Part shown: piece by piece, positions 55,909 to 57,670 of the stretch
How the letters are laid out: each line of letters opens with the position of its first letter
How positions within the stretch are numbered: the first letter of the stretch is position 1
From: Phoronis australis
Taxonomy: Eukaryota; Animalia; Phoronida
Reading direction: 5' to 3'
DNA length: 57,670 nucleotides
Assembly (NCBI GenBank): GCA_002633005.1
Contig: NMRA01001092.1
Span: 1-57,670 of the forward strand
Notes under the pieces: generated by a model
What the model was told of the DNA's origin: nothing
The model's input: only the letters and a program-made list of their open reading frames with translations
Databases searched by the model: none
Position numbers and translations under genes: made by a program

Positions 55909-57670
55909 GTAAGTGATTTACAGGAATACTGCTTGTGACGTAGATTATCAGATATGATTAAAACTTGTTAACATAACAATATACGTGTGCGCACAGTATC
56001 CTACCTTGTATTTCTCGTCACCCGGTCCAAACACCGTAACTCCAACCAAGAGTCTATTAAATTGCAAACCATTATATGCTAGCAGCTCACTGTAAGATAT
56101 TACTACAGTGCATTATACGCCGTAACACTCTTCAAAGAATCCTACATGCGTGTTACAGTGCGCCCCGGGATGAAATTAACACTTTTTCTTTTAGCTTCCA
56201 ATTTCAAAAAAACAATCTGTCAACTGATCGCCACTTCTTCAACTTTTCTCCCACAAAGCAACGCATTTCTCCATATATGGTGTGGCAAGGCATAGAATTA
56301 GCAAATTCCGCTTATTTGGAAAACCTTTGCTACCTTTGACCTCAAGCAACTCCAAGCAACTGGCTGAAAGCGCATGCGTGCACTTATCATAAGTATGAGG
56401 TAGATTAGAAAATCTGTGGTAACCACAAAGTTTTTCCTTGGCTCTTATTTCAAAATTGTGAATTTTGTGATTTCTTTCGGGATATGTCCTCACAGGAGAA
56501 AGGAAATTACTTAGTACTAGACTTTCCGACATGGTACTTTAGTCAGGAATTGTTTAAACGTTATTTTTGACGCGCTTTCGTCTTCCCTGCCTCTGTAAAA
56601 CGTTCCAACTAGGTACGTTAAGTTGCATTTTTACCTTTCTAAGCCGTCTAAAACACGAAAATTGAATTGAGCGGATGGCGTTCCTTACTGTTATAGGACA
56701 CTTTTTCTCGCTTTAGCAGGAACATTCAAAACAGCTGCCAACACGATTTGGAGTTAGGTGGCATACGCCAACGGTAACGCCCTGAGGTTGGAAATTGTGC
56801 TTGTGGGCATTGGCCTGGGGCTGAAATTACCAACTGACTAGCCAATATTCAACACTGACGAGCGTGCTAGTGTTTGTAGAACCCAAATGGCGCTTCAGTT
56901 AGGAAGACAACATTACCAAGCGAAACTCGACGAAATGTCGTTTTCCTTAATTTGTGAACTGCACATTGGCAGACACATCATTCACGGATGTGCCTTTGTA
57001 ACCCAGTGAAAACATGAAGACATTTACACTACACGTGTGCTTAATTATGCGCCAGTGAGCAGGAAACTGTGCTCTTAAACTTGTGAGTTTAAGCCTGAGT
57101 AAAACACTGCTGTGTATAAAACGTGTTCGGATGTATCTTTGGTCAAATGGGTAAACGTTAACGTGAGTACGTTAATTCCTATTTGAGATGCAAAACTGAT
57201 TGTTTTTTGGTGTAATGTAGTTACTTTACGCCTCAAATAATTAATTTACATCTCCAAATCATTACATTGCTTCACAAATTACATATTAACTAATTTAAAA
57301 GTAACTTAACGGCGCAAATAATTACATTACAAAGCTAACAACGATAGTTACAGCTTAAAATACTTTCCAATGCAATACAATGAAATTCTCAAAACCAGTA
57401 TACTGAACATTAAGTCAAAGTCTTGTAACGTTAATCCAGAGAAGTACACTTGATGTTTTCGTTTTTTTAATTTGTAAAAAGTGCTTACACTACGATTTTA
57501 TATTGTTTACGGGATATGCTGAGCCATGAAGAAAACAAAACTTAAGAGTGAAGTACGGCTCACAGCAGGCAAAAATGCACAGAGGGGTGATAAACCCAAT
57601 GTCACCGATTCGAACCTTACTATGCATTTTAGTTACCTTTGGGATGATAAACAAAACAGTAAAGTCCAAT

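Noticed and set aside
56720-56760. Candidate next VWD exon (ttagcag acceptor)
   Set aside because: In-frame stop and no GLLG motif; the gene probably continues beyond the window

Overview
AT-rich, intron-rich animal (invertebrate-like) genomic DNA; most ORFs in the supplied track are spurious. Two host genes sit head-to-head about 13.6 kb apart. (1) A secreted animal-type alpha-amylase (GH13) on the minus strand: coding exons 1-4 at 5684->445, continuing off the left edge. (2) A large Mesh/SUSD2/MUC4-like protein (signal peptide-NIDO-IPT/TIG-AMOP-VWD) on the plus strand: 15 phase-consistent GT-AG coding exons from 19266 to 55908, continuing off the right edge. Its canonical GDPH autocleavage motif reads GEPH. 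Introns and the intergenic region are packed with decayed transposons: two Academ-like elements with TIRs and 3-bp TSDs (one nested inside a Penelope-like element), a Sola3-like element (TTAA TSD, GAG..CTC ends), a Harbinger remnant, MITEs, three Penelope-like retroelement remnants with hammerhead-ribozyme-like motifs, a LINE 3' end and a 140/280-bp tandem array. The palindrome TACATGTA is strongly over-represented (at least 29 copies by eye versus about 2 expected), which may be accumulated Tc1/mariner excision footprints. I found no convincing wholly new multi-gene system.
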